Shown here: one piece after another, positions 9,421 to 25,313 of the stretch
How positions within the stretch are numbered: position 1 is the first letter of the stretch
Layout: the number at the start of each line of letters is the position of its first letter
Source of the DNA: an uncultured Solirubrobacterales bacterium
Lineage (GTDB): Bacteria > Actinomycetota > Thermoleophilia > Solirubrobacterales > Solirubrobacteraceae
DNA: 64,000 bases
Reading direction: 5' to 3'
NCBI GenBank assembly: GCA_963723685.1
Contig: CAVRRX010000008.1
Location: 469,930-533,929 of the forward strand
Notes under the pieces: generated by a model
Told to the model about the DNA's origin: nothing
The model's input: only the letters and a program-made list of their open reading frames with translations
Database searches by the model: none
Position numbers and translations under genes: made by a program

Positions 9421-10861
9421 TCAAACATGAAGCAACGCTTCCATTACTTGCTTTGCCACTGGTGCGGCAAACGTGGCGCCCTGTCCTGGAACGCCCTTGA
9501 GCGTCACCGCGACGGCAACCGTCGGATTCTGGGCGGGCGCGAAGGCGATGAACCAGACGTTGTTGATCGCCGTGCCGATCTGGGTTTCGGCGGTACCCGT
9601 CTTGCCGGCGACCCGTACGCCGGGAATCTGTGCGCTTGAGCCGGTAGCGCCCGGACTGTAGACGACCGCTTCCATCATTTCGGTGACCGCCGCGGCGGTC
9701 GAGCGCTTCATTACCACCGACTGCACTTTGGGAGCGATGCGCTGCAGCACGTGCCCGTCCGGTTCGACGATCGAGGAAGTCAGGTGGGGGACCATCAGCG
9801 TGCCGCGATTTGCGACGGCGCCAGCCACCTCCGCCATCTGCAGCGGTGTCACCTGGAGCTTGTCCTGGCCGATGCCCATGCGACCCACATCGACGTATGT
9901 ACTGGTTGGCGCGATCAAGCTTCCGTTTAGGTACTCGCCGCTGGCGGACATCTCCTTCGCCGGGTAATCCAGCTTTGGCTTGTGGTCGAAGCCGAAGCGG
10001 CGCATGTAGCGCGCCATCGTGGCCTTGCCGAGGCGCTCGGCCACCTGGGCATAGACCGTGTTCACCGAATGAGCCAGCGCTTCGGTGAGCGTGATCTCGC
10101 CGAAGCTCTCCTCGTTGTCGTTTTTCAGCGGAAAGCCAGAGACGAGCAGTCCGTTGCGTCCGCTCAAAGTCGATTCCGGAGTGAACTGCCCCGTGTCGAT
10201 CGCGGCGGTGGCGGTCACGACCTTGAACGTAGAGCCCGGGGCGTAGCCATACTGGACGGCGCGGTTCAAAAGCGGTGCGCCGGACTGACGCTCGACCCGT
10301 TCGTAGCGGCGACGTGAAGCGGCCGCGTTCGCGTCATAGCTCGGCGTGGAGGCCATCACCTCGACGGCTCCGGTGCGCGGGTCGAGCGCCACGACCGCAC
10401 CTTCGTGTTCGCCAAGGGCGCTAATGGCGGTCTGCTGAGCCGAGGGCTGCAGCGTCGTCACGACCGTGTTGCCCTGTGGCTTACGGCCTTGCAACTGGTC
10501 GAGGATGCTCTGCACACTGGTGGAGGTCTCACCGTCAAGCGCGGCGTTGCGGTAAAGCTCAAGGCCGACCTGCCCGCGTTCGACAAAGGAGTAGCCGACC
10601 GGCGCGGTGAACTCGCTCCCCCGCGGGATAGCTGCGCGAGTAGGTGCCTTCGGCTCCCCGCACGCTGTGAGCCAACACAGCACCGTTTGCCGCAAGGATC
10701 GGGCCACGGTCGATCCGCTCCTGCTGGAGCAGACCGCGCACGTTCAATTCGCTTGTGCGAAGCGAGGAGGCTTCAAAGACAGTCCAACGCGAGGTAAAGG
10801 CAATCAACACCGCGAACAGCAGCACGACCAGGCCATACAAGCGGACGATGGGTCGGTTCAC
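9421..10861 (-). CDS. pbpA: Class B penicillin-binding protein PbpA (frameshift near 10620)
   Basis: SxxK (GSTFK), SVN and KTG motifs. The N-terminus VNRPIVRLYG...RGPILAANG lies in another frame. Confidence 0.88.
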
Positions 10862-10934
10862 GCGTGAGCACCCCCGTCCGAACATTTCCAGGGGCAGGCG
10901 GCGAGATCGGCAACTGTCGGGGCGGTAAACCGGC

Positions 10935-12227
10935 TCATCCTTCGCTCAACTGCCCCAGTTCGAGCTCGCGCATCAGTTCGGCGGCGTCGCCTTCTGAGCG
11001 CAGCGAATGGTCGAGCAGCGCCTGGCGATGAGCAGGCACGATCGTCGAGGCGCTCACACCCGAGACATAGTCGCTCGTGTACAGCTTGATTTTGCCCGGG
11101 AGCTCGTAGGGCAGGCCGTTGTACATGGTCACCAGCCCGCGCTGGTTGGTGCCGATGAAGTAGACCGACTGCAGCGCCAGGTACGCCGCCGCCGCCAGCA
11201 GACCGACGACGATCGAGAACACCACGAGTGCGCGCACGCGGCGAAGACGTTTGCGCAGGCGAGCGCGTTTAGCGGGTTGCGAGGCCTGCTCCGGCCAGCG
11301 CGGGCGCCGCGGGGGCGCCGGCGCCGACTGCGCCTGTTTGCCGTTGACGCTCAGCGGCTGCTCGGCATACTCGCCGTCGCGCACGACCACATCCGCACCG
11401 GCTCCTGAAATTGGGATAGAAGCTCGTTCCTGTGACTGTGAGGAGGCCAGTGGCGCGGCCGCGACGGCAGTGATGGTGGTGTGGCCGTCGCTTGACCGCT
11501 CGGCCGCGCCGAACACCTCCTCCAAGCGCAACAGCACAACGGTGATGTTGTCCTTGCCCCCCGCGCCGTTGGCGGCGGCGATCAGCGCCTCGCCGGCATC
11601 CGCCAAACGCTCGTGCGCCGCGAGCAGTCGCAACAGCTCCGCCTCCCCCACCATCGTCGTCAGGCCGTCGCTGCAGAGCAGATAGACGTCGCCGGGACGG
11701 CCGTGGAAGGAGCGCACGTCCACCTCGACGCTCGCCTCCGGCCCGAGCGCGCGCGTGATCACCGAGCGCTGCGGATGCTCCTCCGCTTCCTCCGGGGTCA
11801 GCTTGCCTTGGCGGATCAGCTCGTCCACGAGCGAGTGGTCGTCTGTGAGGCGCAGCAGCTCGCCGTCGCGCAGGCAGTAGGCACGCGAGTCGCCGACATG
11901 GGCGATCGCGACATCCTGCTCGCCGACGTACACGGCCGTGATCGTGGTGCCCATGCCGGCATGCTCGGCGTTGCTGTGCGAGAGCTCGTTGATGCGCGAG
12001 TTGGCCTGCTCGACCTGGTCTACGAGGCTCCGCTCTGGATTCTCGCCGTCCCGCAAGCCCGCCCGGAAGGTGTCGACCGCGACGCTCGAGGCGACCTCGC
12101 CTGCCTGCGCACCGCCCATCCCGTCGGCGACGACGAACAGCGGCGAGCGCACGAGCAGCGAATCCTCGTTGGCACGGCGTTGCAGGCCGGTGTCGGTGCC
12201 AGACCAGTGTTCGGCCACACGCAACAT
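10935..12227 (-). CDS. pstP: PP2C-type Ser/Thr phosphatase (PstP/Stp1)
   Basis: NEDS, VADGMGG, HVGDSRAY, LCSDGL and GGKDNIT motifs; C-terminal TM helix. Confidence 0.93.
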   Translation of the reverse strand: MLRVAEHWSGTDTGLQRRANEDSLLVRSPLFVVADGMGGAQAGEVASSVAVDTFRAGLRDGENPERSLVDQVEQANSRINELSHSNAEHAGMGTTITAVYVGEQDVAIAHVGDSRAYCLRDGELLRLTDDHSLVDELIRQGKLTPEEAEEHPQRSVITRALGPEASVEVDVRSFHGRPGDVYLLCSDGLTTMVGEAELLRLLAAHERLADAGEALIAAANGAGGKDNITVVLLRLEEVFGAAERSSDGHTTITAVAAAPLASSQSQERASIPISGAGADVVVRDGEYAEQPLSVNGKQAQSAPAPPRRPRWPEQASQPAKRARLRKRLRRVRALVVFSIVVGLLAAAAYLALQSVYFIGTNQRGLVTMYNGLPYELPGKIKLYTSDYVSGVSASTIVPAHRQALLDHSLRSEGDAAELMRELELGQLSEG

Positions 12228-12353
12228 CAGCGGCTAACCCCGCGACAGGCGGCACTGCCTGGAGATCGCGACAACGTCGGGGGGAGCGACAACGCGGAAC
12301 CGGACGGCGCCGGGCTCAGCCGCGCCTGAGCTGTCCCCCTCGCTGGCCACACC

Positions 12354-12872
12354 TCAGTCGACCTCAAAGACGAATTCGGAGTCGCCGATGCGCACACGAT
12401 CTCCTGGGTGCAGCGGGCGTGGGCCGTCGAGCAGCTCCTCGTTGAGGTAGGTGCCGTTGGTTGAGCCGAGGTCCTCGATCACGAGGATCTTCCCCTGCTC
12501 GTATACGCGCGCGTGGCGCGAGGAGGCAAACGGATCGCTCAAGCGTATCTCGGCGGTGTCGCCGCGTCCGAAGACGACGTCGCCGCCAAGGTCATAGATC
12601 ATCCCAGACTCGTGACCTGGGGCACGCTCGACCACCAGGCGCGGTTCGCGGCCGAGCAGGTCGGCCGGTCCGAGCGTCGAGGCCGAGTGCAGACCGGTCG
12701 CGTCAGCCGGCACGGTACCCGCCGCGGCCGAGCCCTGATCCAAGCCCGAGACCTGCGCACCGTTGCCACGCAGGTCTCGCAACGCGCTGCGCGACACCCA
12801 CAGAAGGAACAGGTACATGACAGCCAGGAAGCCAAACTTCAACATCACCGACACGGGCGCGAGGTTGTTCAT
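12354..12872 (-). CDS. fhaB: FHA domain protein (FhaB/FipA-like)
   Basis: N-terminal TM helix; GR...SSRHA...DLGSTNGT FHA motifs. Confidence 0.9.
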   Translation of the reverse strand: MNNLAPVSVMLKFGFLAVMYLFLLWVSRSALRDLRGNGAQVSGLDQGSAAAGTVPADATGLHSASTLGPADLLGREPRLVVERAPGHESGMIYDLGGDVVFGRGDTAEIRLSDPFASSRHARVYEQGKILVIEDLGSTNGTYLNEELLDGPRPLHPGDRVRIGDSEFVFEVD

Positions 12873-13781
12873 GGGGCGATCTCGAAAAGCATCTCAGTCG
12901 AGCCGATCTCGATGCGGTCCCCTGTGCGCACTTCGCTGGGACCGTGGACCGCGAGGCCGTTGACGCGCACCCCGTTGGTCGAGCCGAGGTCCTCGATCGT
13001 CCAACCTGGACGCCGGGCCGAAGCTCGGCGTGACGGCGCGAGATGCTCGAATCCTCGAGCACGATGTCGCAGTCGCGGCTGCGCCCGATCGTCGCTCCCC
13101 TGGGCGCACCAACAGGCGCTGACCTGAGACCAGCAACAACGCCTTGGGCGCGGCGGCGCGCACCGACCTGCTCGACCGCGTCGCGGCTACGCTGGGAGTT
13201 GCTGAAGATCATCGTGTTGCCGACCTCCTCGGGCTCCGCGTAGGCGGACGCGGGAGGGGCAGCTGGAGCGCGTGCAGCGGCGGCCGCGACGCGCGGCTCG
13301 GACGACGCGCCTGAGCTGCTGCGATGCGGCTGGACCGCCGGCCGATGCGGCCGACGCGCGACGACCGGCGGGGGCCGATGAGGTGCTCCTCGCTCTCCCG
13401 CGGATCGTCCTCGAGCCTTGCCAGCCGCGCTTCGATGCCGAATTCGCCGAGTTGCAAGCTCTCGTCGGTGTGGAACACGATCTGCGGCCGCGAAGCGAGC
13501 GCCAGATCCTCGCCGCGCGCGTGCTCGAGCAGATAGGCGCACAGTTCATCGATCACCTCTTGCTCGACGCCCTCGTAGCGCGCGCGATCGCGCGGCGAGA
13601 GCCAGACCGAGTATTCGTTGGGCGCGTATACGCGCGAGACCGAGATCGTCTTGTTCTCGTCCATCTCGCGCGCCAGCTTGTGCGCGAGCTCCATCGGACG
13701 GACCTCGGCTTTGAAGACGCGGCCGAACGTGCCTTCGACGAGGCCAGCGATCATGTTCTCCAGTGTCCTCAGCGGATTCAT
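12869..13781 (-). CDS. fhaA: DUF3662 + FHA domain protein (FhaA), frameshifted
   Basis: MNPLRTLENMIAGLVEGTFGRVFKAEVRPMELAHKLAREMD at the start; GRSRDCDIVLEDSSISRRHA and DLGSTNG in shifted frames. Confidence 0.85.
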
Positions 13782-13903
13782 CTCAGGGGCACCTCGAAAG
13801 CAGCACCTCAGCTTGGCCGCGACAAGCGCCTGGCGCATCCACAGGTGCACGCATTTCGATACCCACTCTAAGGGCCACGTGCGATGGGAGTGTGCGCATG
13901 TGA

Positions 13904-15752
13904 CTAAACAGGGCCACGCAATGCGCGCGCGCAGATCGCAAGCGCACAGCCGAGCAGCGCCCCGAGCAGCGCGTCGCGCGGACTTGGCTGGCTCGCGTGC
14001 GAGAGCAGCGCCCGTTCGAGCAACGGCACCGCGGCAAGCAACGCGATCGTCCAGAGGATCGCCGCGCCCACGTCCAAAGCGGCGCTGCGGCCGCGCACCA
14101 ACCACGGCAGGATCGCGCTCGCAAGCGCCCACACCGCCATGCCGAGCAACAGCTCGACCGTGAACGTCGGAGCGATCACGTGCGTAGCGGCGATGTGGAT
14201 AGAGCCCTCCCACGCCGCCTTCGGCGGCAGCCCCGCCGGTGGCCCAAGCCATAGCCTGCGCCTCAGCAGCGACTCTGCCAGCGCCAGCCACCAGAAGCCG
14301 AGCGCGGCCAGCGCGGCACGCGATCGCCAGTCCGAGCGCTGACCGGCGATCGCTGGAAAAGCACCCGCCAGTCCGGCGAGCCCGAGCGCGGGCGCCAGGG
14401 CCGCCACCAACCAGCCAGGGCCAGCGCGGCGTGGCAGCGCCAGTAGGGGGGCGCCGGCGGCAAGCACCAGCAGCGACACACCTGGCAGTCCGGCGATGGC
14501 CTGCCAGGCGGCGATCGCGAGCAGACAGCCGAGCCACAGCGGCCTTGGCAGCGCCACGGTCCGCCCCGGGCGCGCGCGCCCAGCTTGCTCGTCGAGCTCG
14601 CCATCCAGATCGAGAGGCTCGGCATCGCGAGCGGCACGGCGGGCATCGGCACTTGGCGCGGCCCGGGCGTTGGCGGGACGCACGCCGGGGGCAGCCGGCC
14701 AGGTGCGATCCGAGTTGGCGCGTGCCCGAAAAACAGAGCGATCCTGAGCATCCTCTTGCGGCGCCGTTGCGTCGGACTGACGACGTGGACCGCGGCGAGC
14801 GAAGAGTCGTGGCCTCAGCCCTTGCTCGAGGGCACGCTCGAGCACGTCGTGCAGGTCGCCAAGCGTGCCGCGCCGCTCGGGCTCCGCGAGCAGGGCCCGG
14901 TCGAGAGCGCGGGTGAGCTCGCGCGGGAGGTCGCGGCGCCTGCGCTCCAGTGGCTCCACCGGAGCGCCGATTCGCCGTGCGGTGGCAGCTGGAGTACGAC
15001 CTCGCACCGGGTTGACGCCGCTCAAGGCCTCATACAAGAGGAGCGCCAACGAGTACAGGTCGGCCGCTGGACCGGCCTCATGGCCCTCGCTCTGCTCGGG
15101 CGCCATGTAGGCAAGCGTGCCGAGCACATCCCCGGTGCGCGTCAATGCGTCGTCTCCGGTCAACCTGGCGCCGCCGAAGTCCGCGAGCTTTGCCGGCGGC
15201 GGGCGTCGCTGCGCGGGTCGATGTGTGCTCGGCGTCGCCGCTTGGCACGAGCACGTTTTGGGGCTTGACGTCGCGGTGGATCACGCCGCGCGCGTGAGCG
15301 TGCTCGAGCGCACTCAGCAGCGCCACCCCAATCTCGAGCACCTCCTCGTCCGCGAGCTGATCCTCGGCGATCAGCTCCGCAAGCGTGGCCCCTTCGACCA
15401 GCTCCGAGATGAGGTAGAAGGCGTCCTCGTCCGAGCTGGCCTCATACAGCGCCACGATCGCCGGGTGTGCAAGCCGGGCAGTGGCGTGCGCCTCGCGTGT
15501 GGCACGATCGCGATCCTCCTCGGAGGGCAGCGGGATGCGCTTGACGGCCACGGCCCGATCGAGCTGTTCGTCGTGCGCGCGCCACACCGTGCCGAAGCCT
15601 CCGGCGCCGAGACGCTCGAGCAGCAGGTAGCGCCCGAGCAGCAGCTCGCCCCGACGGGCCTGCCCCCGAGTGGGGGTCGAGCGCTCGTCAGAGACGCGTA
15701 TCTGGCCCTGGAGGAGGGTTTTGGAGGAGTCCACCGCCTCCGCGTTCGCCAC
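13904..15752 (-). CDS. Ser/Thr protein kinase with multi-TM C-terminus (frameshift near 15190)
   Basis: LGAGGFGTVW and HRDVKPQN in one frame; GTLAYMAPEQ and DLYSL in the next; hydrophobic tail. Confidence 0.85.
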
Positions 15753-15877
15753 GACCCGTTCCCTTCCCTGCCATCAGATTGTGCGATCCGACACTGACTG
15801 AGAAGTTGCAGCAAACATTCCGGCTGACGGTGGAGTCATACTGAGGTGCTTCACAAGCCCCTGCAAGGAGCACTCTT

Positions 15878-17020
15878 TTGTCGTTCTTCGACGACGAGGA
15901 CGAGGAGCCGCCGACCACAGTTCGGCCGGCGCGTACTCAACAACAGCCACGACCACAGCCGCGCCGGCCCCAGCGGGGCGGGGGAGGAACGGGCGCGGGA
16001 GGCGGGCGCGTCCTCGATCGACCATCACGCGATGATGGTCCGCCGACGCATCGCGGCCGGCGTCGGGGTGGTGCTGCTGATCGCGATCGTGCTGCTTGTC
16101 AACGGCTGTTTGAAGCGGGGCAAACAGCAGGCGCTCGAAAGCTACAACCAGAACGTCAACCATATTGCCGCGCAGTCAGAATCCCAGGTTGCCAAGCCCT
16201 TGTTCACGACGCTCTCCTCCACCAGCGGCAAGCAGGCGCTCGACGTGGAGACGCAGATCGACCAGTTGCGTCGCCAGTCCGAAGAAATCGCCGAACACGC
16301 CAAAGGGCTGAGCGTGCCGAGCGAGATGACCTCGGCGCAACGCAACCTGCTGCTCGCGCTCAACCTACGCGTGGAAGGGCTCACCAAGATCGCGGGGCTC
16401 GTACGCGAAGCGCTCGGTGGCAAAGCCCAGCAGGCCAGCACTTACATCGCGGGAGCGATGGAGACCTTCCTCGCCTCGGACATCCTCTACTCCCAGCGAG
16501 TGGCCCCGCTGATACAACAGACGCTCGCCTCAGGCGGGGTCAGCGGACAGACGACCACGCCGAGTCGCTTCTTGCCGAACCTCGGCTGGCTGACGCCATC
16601 CACGGTGCAATCGAAGCTCACCGGGCAGGCGACTAGCGGGTCGGGGCGGTAGCGCCAGGCACGCACGGGTCCGCGCTGAAGGGCGTGAGCGTCGGCGCCA
16701 ACACGCTCGAACCCTCGCCGACCATCAACCACGTCAGCGGGGGCGCCAACCCAACCTTCACCGCGATGGTCGAAAACTCCGGGTCCAATCCGGAGACCAA
16801 CGTCAAGGTGAACGTGTCGGTCACGACCGAAGGCAAAACGCTCGACGGCATCGCACACGATCGAAAAGACCGAACCGGGGCAGACCTACAACGCAAACGT
16901 CACGGTGAAGGGGGTCACGCTCGAAGCCGCCTCGCGCGTCACCGTCGACGTCGCGCCGGTTCCCGGCGAGGCCGACGTCGAAAACAACAAGGCCAGTTTC
17001 ATCGCAATCTTGGGAAATAG
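15878..17020 (+). CDS. Membrane-anchored hypothetical protein with a C-terminal CARDB/Ig-like domain, frameshifted
   Basis: MSFFDDEDEEPP start, TM helix RRRIAAGVGVVLLIAIVLLV, and VENSGSNPETNVKV...PVPGEADVENN spread across frames. Confidence 0.65.
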
Positions 17021-17095
17021 GCGACGTCAGCGGCCTGAGCGGGCGCGCGCGCCCTTGCAACCGCGGACCGCGAGATGCAGCCTAACTTGTTTGCG

Positions 17096-17680
17096 GTGAG
17101 CGCCGCATCGCTGACAACACACAGGGCATCGTCGCGCTCGCGGCGCTCGCGGCGGCCGTGCTCGCCCTGATCGCGTGCGTCGTGCTGATGAGCCGGTGCG
17201 CAGCTTGCGCGCGGCCCAGAAGTTGGTGCTCGGGGATGGCGCGCAGCAGGACGTGATCGCGCACAGCGCCTCTCTGCAGGAGGCGTTTAAGCGCTACAGG
17301 AGTACGTCGGCGATGTGGCTCAGCACTTGGACAATCGACTCGACAACGTCGAGCTCGCGCTGACGGGCGCCGTCTCCCATCAGGCTCTGGTGCGCTACGA
17401 CGCCTACAACGAGCTCTCCGGGCAGCAGTCCGTTTCGATCGCGCTGCTCGACGGCAGGCAATCGGGCGTCGTGCTGACCTGCATCCACCATCGCGACCAA
17501 GCGCGCGTCTATGCCAAGCAGGTGCGCGACGGCCGCGGCGAGCTGGAGCTCTCGCCGGAGGAGGCCGAGGCTGTACGAATCGCGCTCGGCGAAGGCCCGC
17601 CCTCGCGCCTGCAGGACCCCTTCATGGGGCGCCCGCGCGAGAGGGCACGACAGGCCCCTCCGTGCAAGCAGAAGAGCTGA
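17096..17680 (+). CDS. DUF4446 family protein, frameshifted
   Basis: LVRYDAYNELSGQQSVSIALLD and YAKQV...LSPEEAEA motifs. Start is approximate. Confidence 0.75.
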
Positions 17681-17692
17681 CGGACACCGTAG

Positions 17693-18583
17693 ATGCCGCC
17701 GGCGCCTAACGTGCCCCCGGCGCGGCGCCGAGCGCCGGCTATCTGGGACCGGAGGGAACGTTCAGCGAGGAGGCGCTGCTCGGCAGCGTCGCCGCCGGCG
17801 CGGTGACACCGGTAGCGCTCGAGACGATCCGCGACGCGGTGATGGCCGTGCAGGAGGCGAGCCGTCGAATGGTCGCTCGTGCCGATCGAGAACTCGATCG
17901 AGGGGTCGGTGACGGTCACGCTCGACACGCTTGCCGGCGAGGCACGCGAGGTGGCGATCGTCGGCGAGGTCGTCCTGCCGGTGCGCCATTACCTGATCGC
18001 CGCCGCCCCACTCGAGCTGGGGCAAATCGAGACGGTTGTCTCCCACCCGCACGTCCCGGGCCAGTGCACTCGCTTTCTGCACGGGCCGCTCGCGCACGCG
18101 CGGGTCGTCGCGGCCAGCTCGACGGCGGAGGCAGTGCGACTGGTCGGCGAGCGCAAGGAGATCTCGTTGGCCGCAATCGGGACAAGGCTGGCATCCGAGC
18201 TTTATGGGTGCACGGTGATCGACGCGGGGATTCAGGATCGCGAGGACAACGAGACACGCTTTGTTTGGCTGGCGCGAACCGACACCGGATCGGGCCCGCC
18301 GCTGCGCGCGCACGCAGGCAACGGGCAGAAGACCTCGCTCGTGTTCTGGGGCGCCGGCGCCGACCACGCCGGCTGGCTGGTGCTGTGCTTGAGCGAGTTC
18401 GCCAGGCGCGAGATCAACCTGACGAAGATCGAGTCGCGTCCGATGCGCGAGCAGCTCGGGCACTACATGTTCTTCGTCGATCTCGAAGGCTCGCTAGAGG
18501 ACGAGGCCGTCGCTCGAGCGCTCGACGGCTTGCGGGCGATGTGCGAACAGGTGCGAGTATTGGGCTCTTATCCGGCAGCTTGA
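17693..18583 (+). CDS. pheA: Prephenate dehydratase (frameshifts near the 5' end)
   Basis: GYLGPEGTFSEEA, PIENSIEGSV, NETRF, INLTKIESRP and LGSYP motifs. Confidence 0.92.
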
Positions 18584-18713
18584 TTGCTGCCAATCTGGCT
18601 GCCAATCCGGCTCAGATGCGTAGGACGCGACGGCAATCGGAGCGCGCCCACGGCGAGAGCCGAGCAGATGGGCGGCGCGCAGACGGACGGACCGCTACAC
18701 TCCGGCGCTGAAG

Positions 18714-19310
18714 ATGGAAAGCACGGCGCCCACAGAGCCAGTGGGGTCCGTGCCGCCCTCAGAGCACCAGCGGCACGGACCGAGCTCATCGTCGAATACG
18801 GCGATGGGTGGCCGGGTGCTCGTCCTCAACGCGACTTTCGAGCCGATCAACGTCTGCTCGGTGCGCCGCGCGGTGGTCCTGCTCTTGAAGGAGAAGGCCG
18901 AGCTGATCGAGCGTGGCCTGTGGGCGCTGCACTCCGAGAACTCGACGCTGGCTCGTCCCGTGGTGATCCGGCTTGTCAGCTATGTGCACGTGCCACGCGA
19001 CACCCACCGCCGCAAGATCACGCGGCGCGCGGTGTTCGCGCGCGACGGCTGGACCTGCCAGTACTGCGGATCGCGCTCCAACCTGACGGTCGACCACGTG
19101 ATCCCGCGCTCGAAGGGCGGAACTTCGAGCTGGGACAACATCGTGGCCTCGTGCGCACCGTGCAACCGGCGCAAGGGCGACATGCTTCCCCGTCAAGCCG
19201 GAATGCACCCTCGGCACAAGCCGCGCACGCCGCGCGCGGAGATCTTCATCCACGTCGCCAGCCCCACGATTCCGGCTGCCTGGCGACAGTATCTGCCCGC
19301 CGCTGCCTGA
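18714..19310 (+). CDS. HNH endonuclease (McrA-like, VLVLNA-type family)
   Basis: VLVLNATFEP, RDGWTCQYCG, TVDHVIPRSKGG and CAPCNRRKG motifs. Confidence 0.9.
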   Translation: MESTAPTEPVGSVPPSEHQRHGPSSSSNTAMGGRVLVLNATFEPINVCSVRRAVVLLLKEKAELIERGLWALHSENSTLARPVVIRLVSYVHVPRDTHRRKITRRAVFARDGWTCQYCGSRSNLTVDHVIPRSKGGTSSWDNIVASCAPCNRRKGDMLPRQAGMHPRHKPRTPRAEIFIHVASPTIPAAWRQYLPAAA

Positions 19311-19437
19311 GAGAAACGCAAGCAACTGGGGTAACGCCGCTGGCGAGGACCGGCTGGCGATGATGTTCCCGCGCATGCTTCCTATTGCCTTCCGCAGACG
19401 CACACCTCTGTGACAGTGGCCTGCCGGACGTTAAACA

Positions 19438-19468
19438 CGGAGGGCGCCCTCGACTCAGGCGCCCTCCG
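19438..19468 (-). terminator. Intrinsic terminator-like hairpin
   Basis: 11-bp stem CGGAGGGCGCC/GGCGCCCTCCG, followed on the minus strand by TGTTTAAC. Confidence 0.7.
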
Positions 19469-19628
19469 CTTGCAACTGTGCTGGACACGATCACGCAGGT
19501 TTCCGCGTTGCCAAGCGCGCCACAACGGCGCGGCGAGAGCGCTGCGAACCGGAGGGACAAGTCCGGCGACCTGCGCGATGGTGGCCCGGGTTGGAATCCG
19601 CTAGGCGGGTCCAGCCGAGTGCTTCGGC

Positions 19629-19673
19629 CTAACGGCCGGCCACCTCCAGAGTCCCGCAAATACTGTCAGCCAA
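19629..19673 (-). CDS. Putative micro-ORF MADSICGTLEVAGR (TTG start)
   Basis: AGAAAGGAGGTG strong SD upstream of TTG; in-frame TAG after 14 codons. Confidence 0.4.
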   Translation of the reverse strand: MADSICGTLEVAGR

Positions 19674-19738
19674 CGTAGGACCACCTCCTTTCTCTGGTCC
19701 TTGAAATGTAGCGGACCGAGATGACGAGGCAGGCGCCA

Positions 19739-22298
<2,560 letters not shown>

Positions 22299-22313
22299 CT
22301 AGCTCACCCCTTC

Positions 22314-24788
<2,475 letters not shown>

Positions 24789-25019
24789 ATGGTCCTCCGA
24801 TGACGCGAGAACGCCCCGGTTGCCGGGCGTCTAATACCTCGGTCCGGGGCGCGGGGTGTGTTTGTCTAACGATAGCACAGAGACCCCTCAGAACCGGCCC
24901 ACGTGTGCGCAAGAAATGCCTGCAAACAAGCCAAAACAGAGGCTGATTTTGGAGCGCGAAGAGGTCCTGTGACGGCGCTGGCGAGGAGCCCGGCGCTAGA
25001 CCGAGGACGCTGAGCGTGC

Positions 25020-25313
25020 TCAGCCCGTGCGACAGCGCAGCTTATGGATGGTCTCGGCGCCCACAGCGGCGTTCAGCCGCTCGACCAGCTCAGGGCCCAT
25101 CAGCTCGAGCTCGGCTGCCCAAACCGAGTCGGCACACACGACCGTGAGCACGCCGTCGTGCTCGGAGATCGGGCGTCCCAGCCTCGGCGATCGCGAGCCC
25201 CGAGCACCTGCTCCCAGACCTGCTGTACCCGAGCCAGCGTGGTTGCTGGGGCAAGCGCCGCCGTAAGGCCCTCGAGCGCAAACGACAAAGGGCGGGGCGC
25301 GAAGCCGACTCAC
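25020..25313 (-). CDS. DUF721/DciA family protein, frameshifted
   Basis: Lies between recF and gyrB; LAPATTLARVQQVW and DGVLTVVCADSVWAAEL. Confidence 0.75.
   Translation of the reverse strand: MSRLRAPPFVVCARGPYGGACPSNHAGSGTAGLGAGARGSRSPRLGRPISEHDGVLTVVCADSVWAAELELMGPELVERLNAAVGAETIHKLRCRTG

Larger units (their letters stand above)
19432..19700 (-). ncRNA. Candidate structured RNA (~270 nt) carrying a 14-codon ORF
   Basis: -10-like TACATT (19705-19710, minus strand), a 5' hairpin with a Shine-Dalgarno sequence in its loop, nested stems and a terminator. No family recognised. Confidence 0.5.

Noticed and set aside
18714-19310. HNH gene as a mobile homing or defence nuclease
   Set aside because: It has host-like composition, no flanking repeats or methylase, and belongs to a widespread stand-alone family.
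19678-19693. 16S rRNA 3'-end fragment
   Set aside because: Only a 15/16-nt match with no flanking rRNA sequence. It is better explained as a strong SD on the minus strand.
19666-19738. GyrA C-terminal extension ending ...RRWSYVG, as in the ORF track
   Set aside because: It is probably created by an indel. An acidic tail ends at TAG 19739-41 in another frame, and the extension runs over a promoter-like and SD hairpin region.
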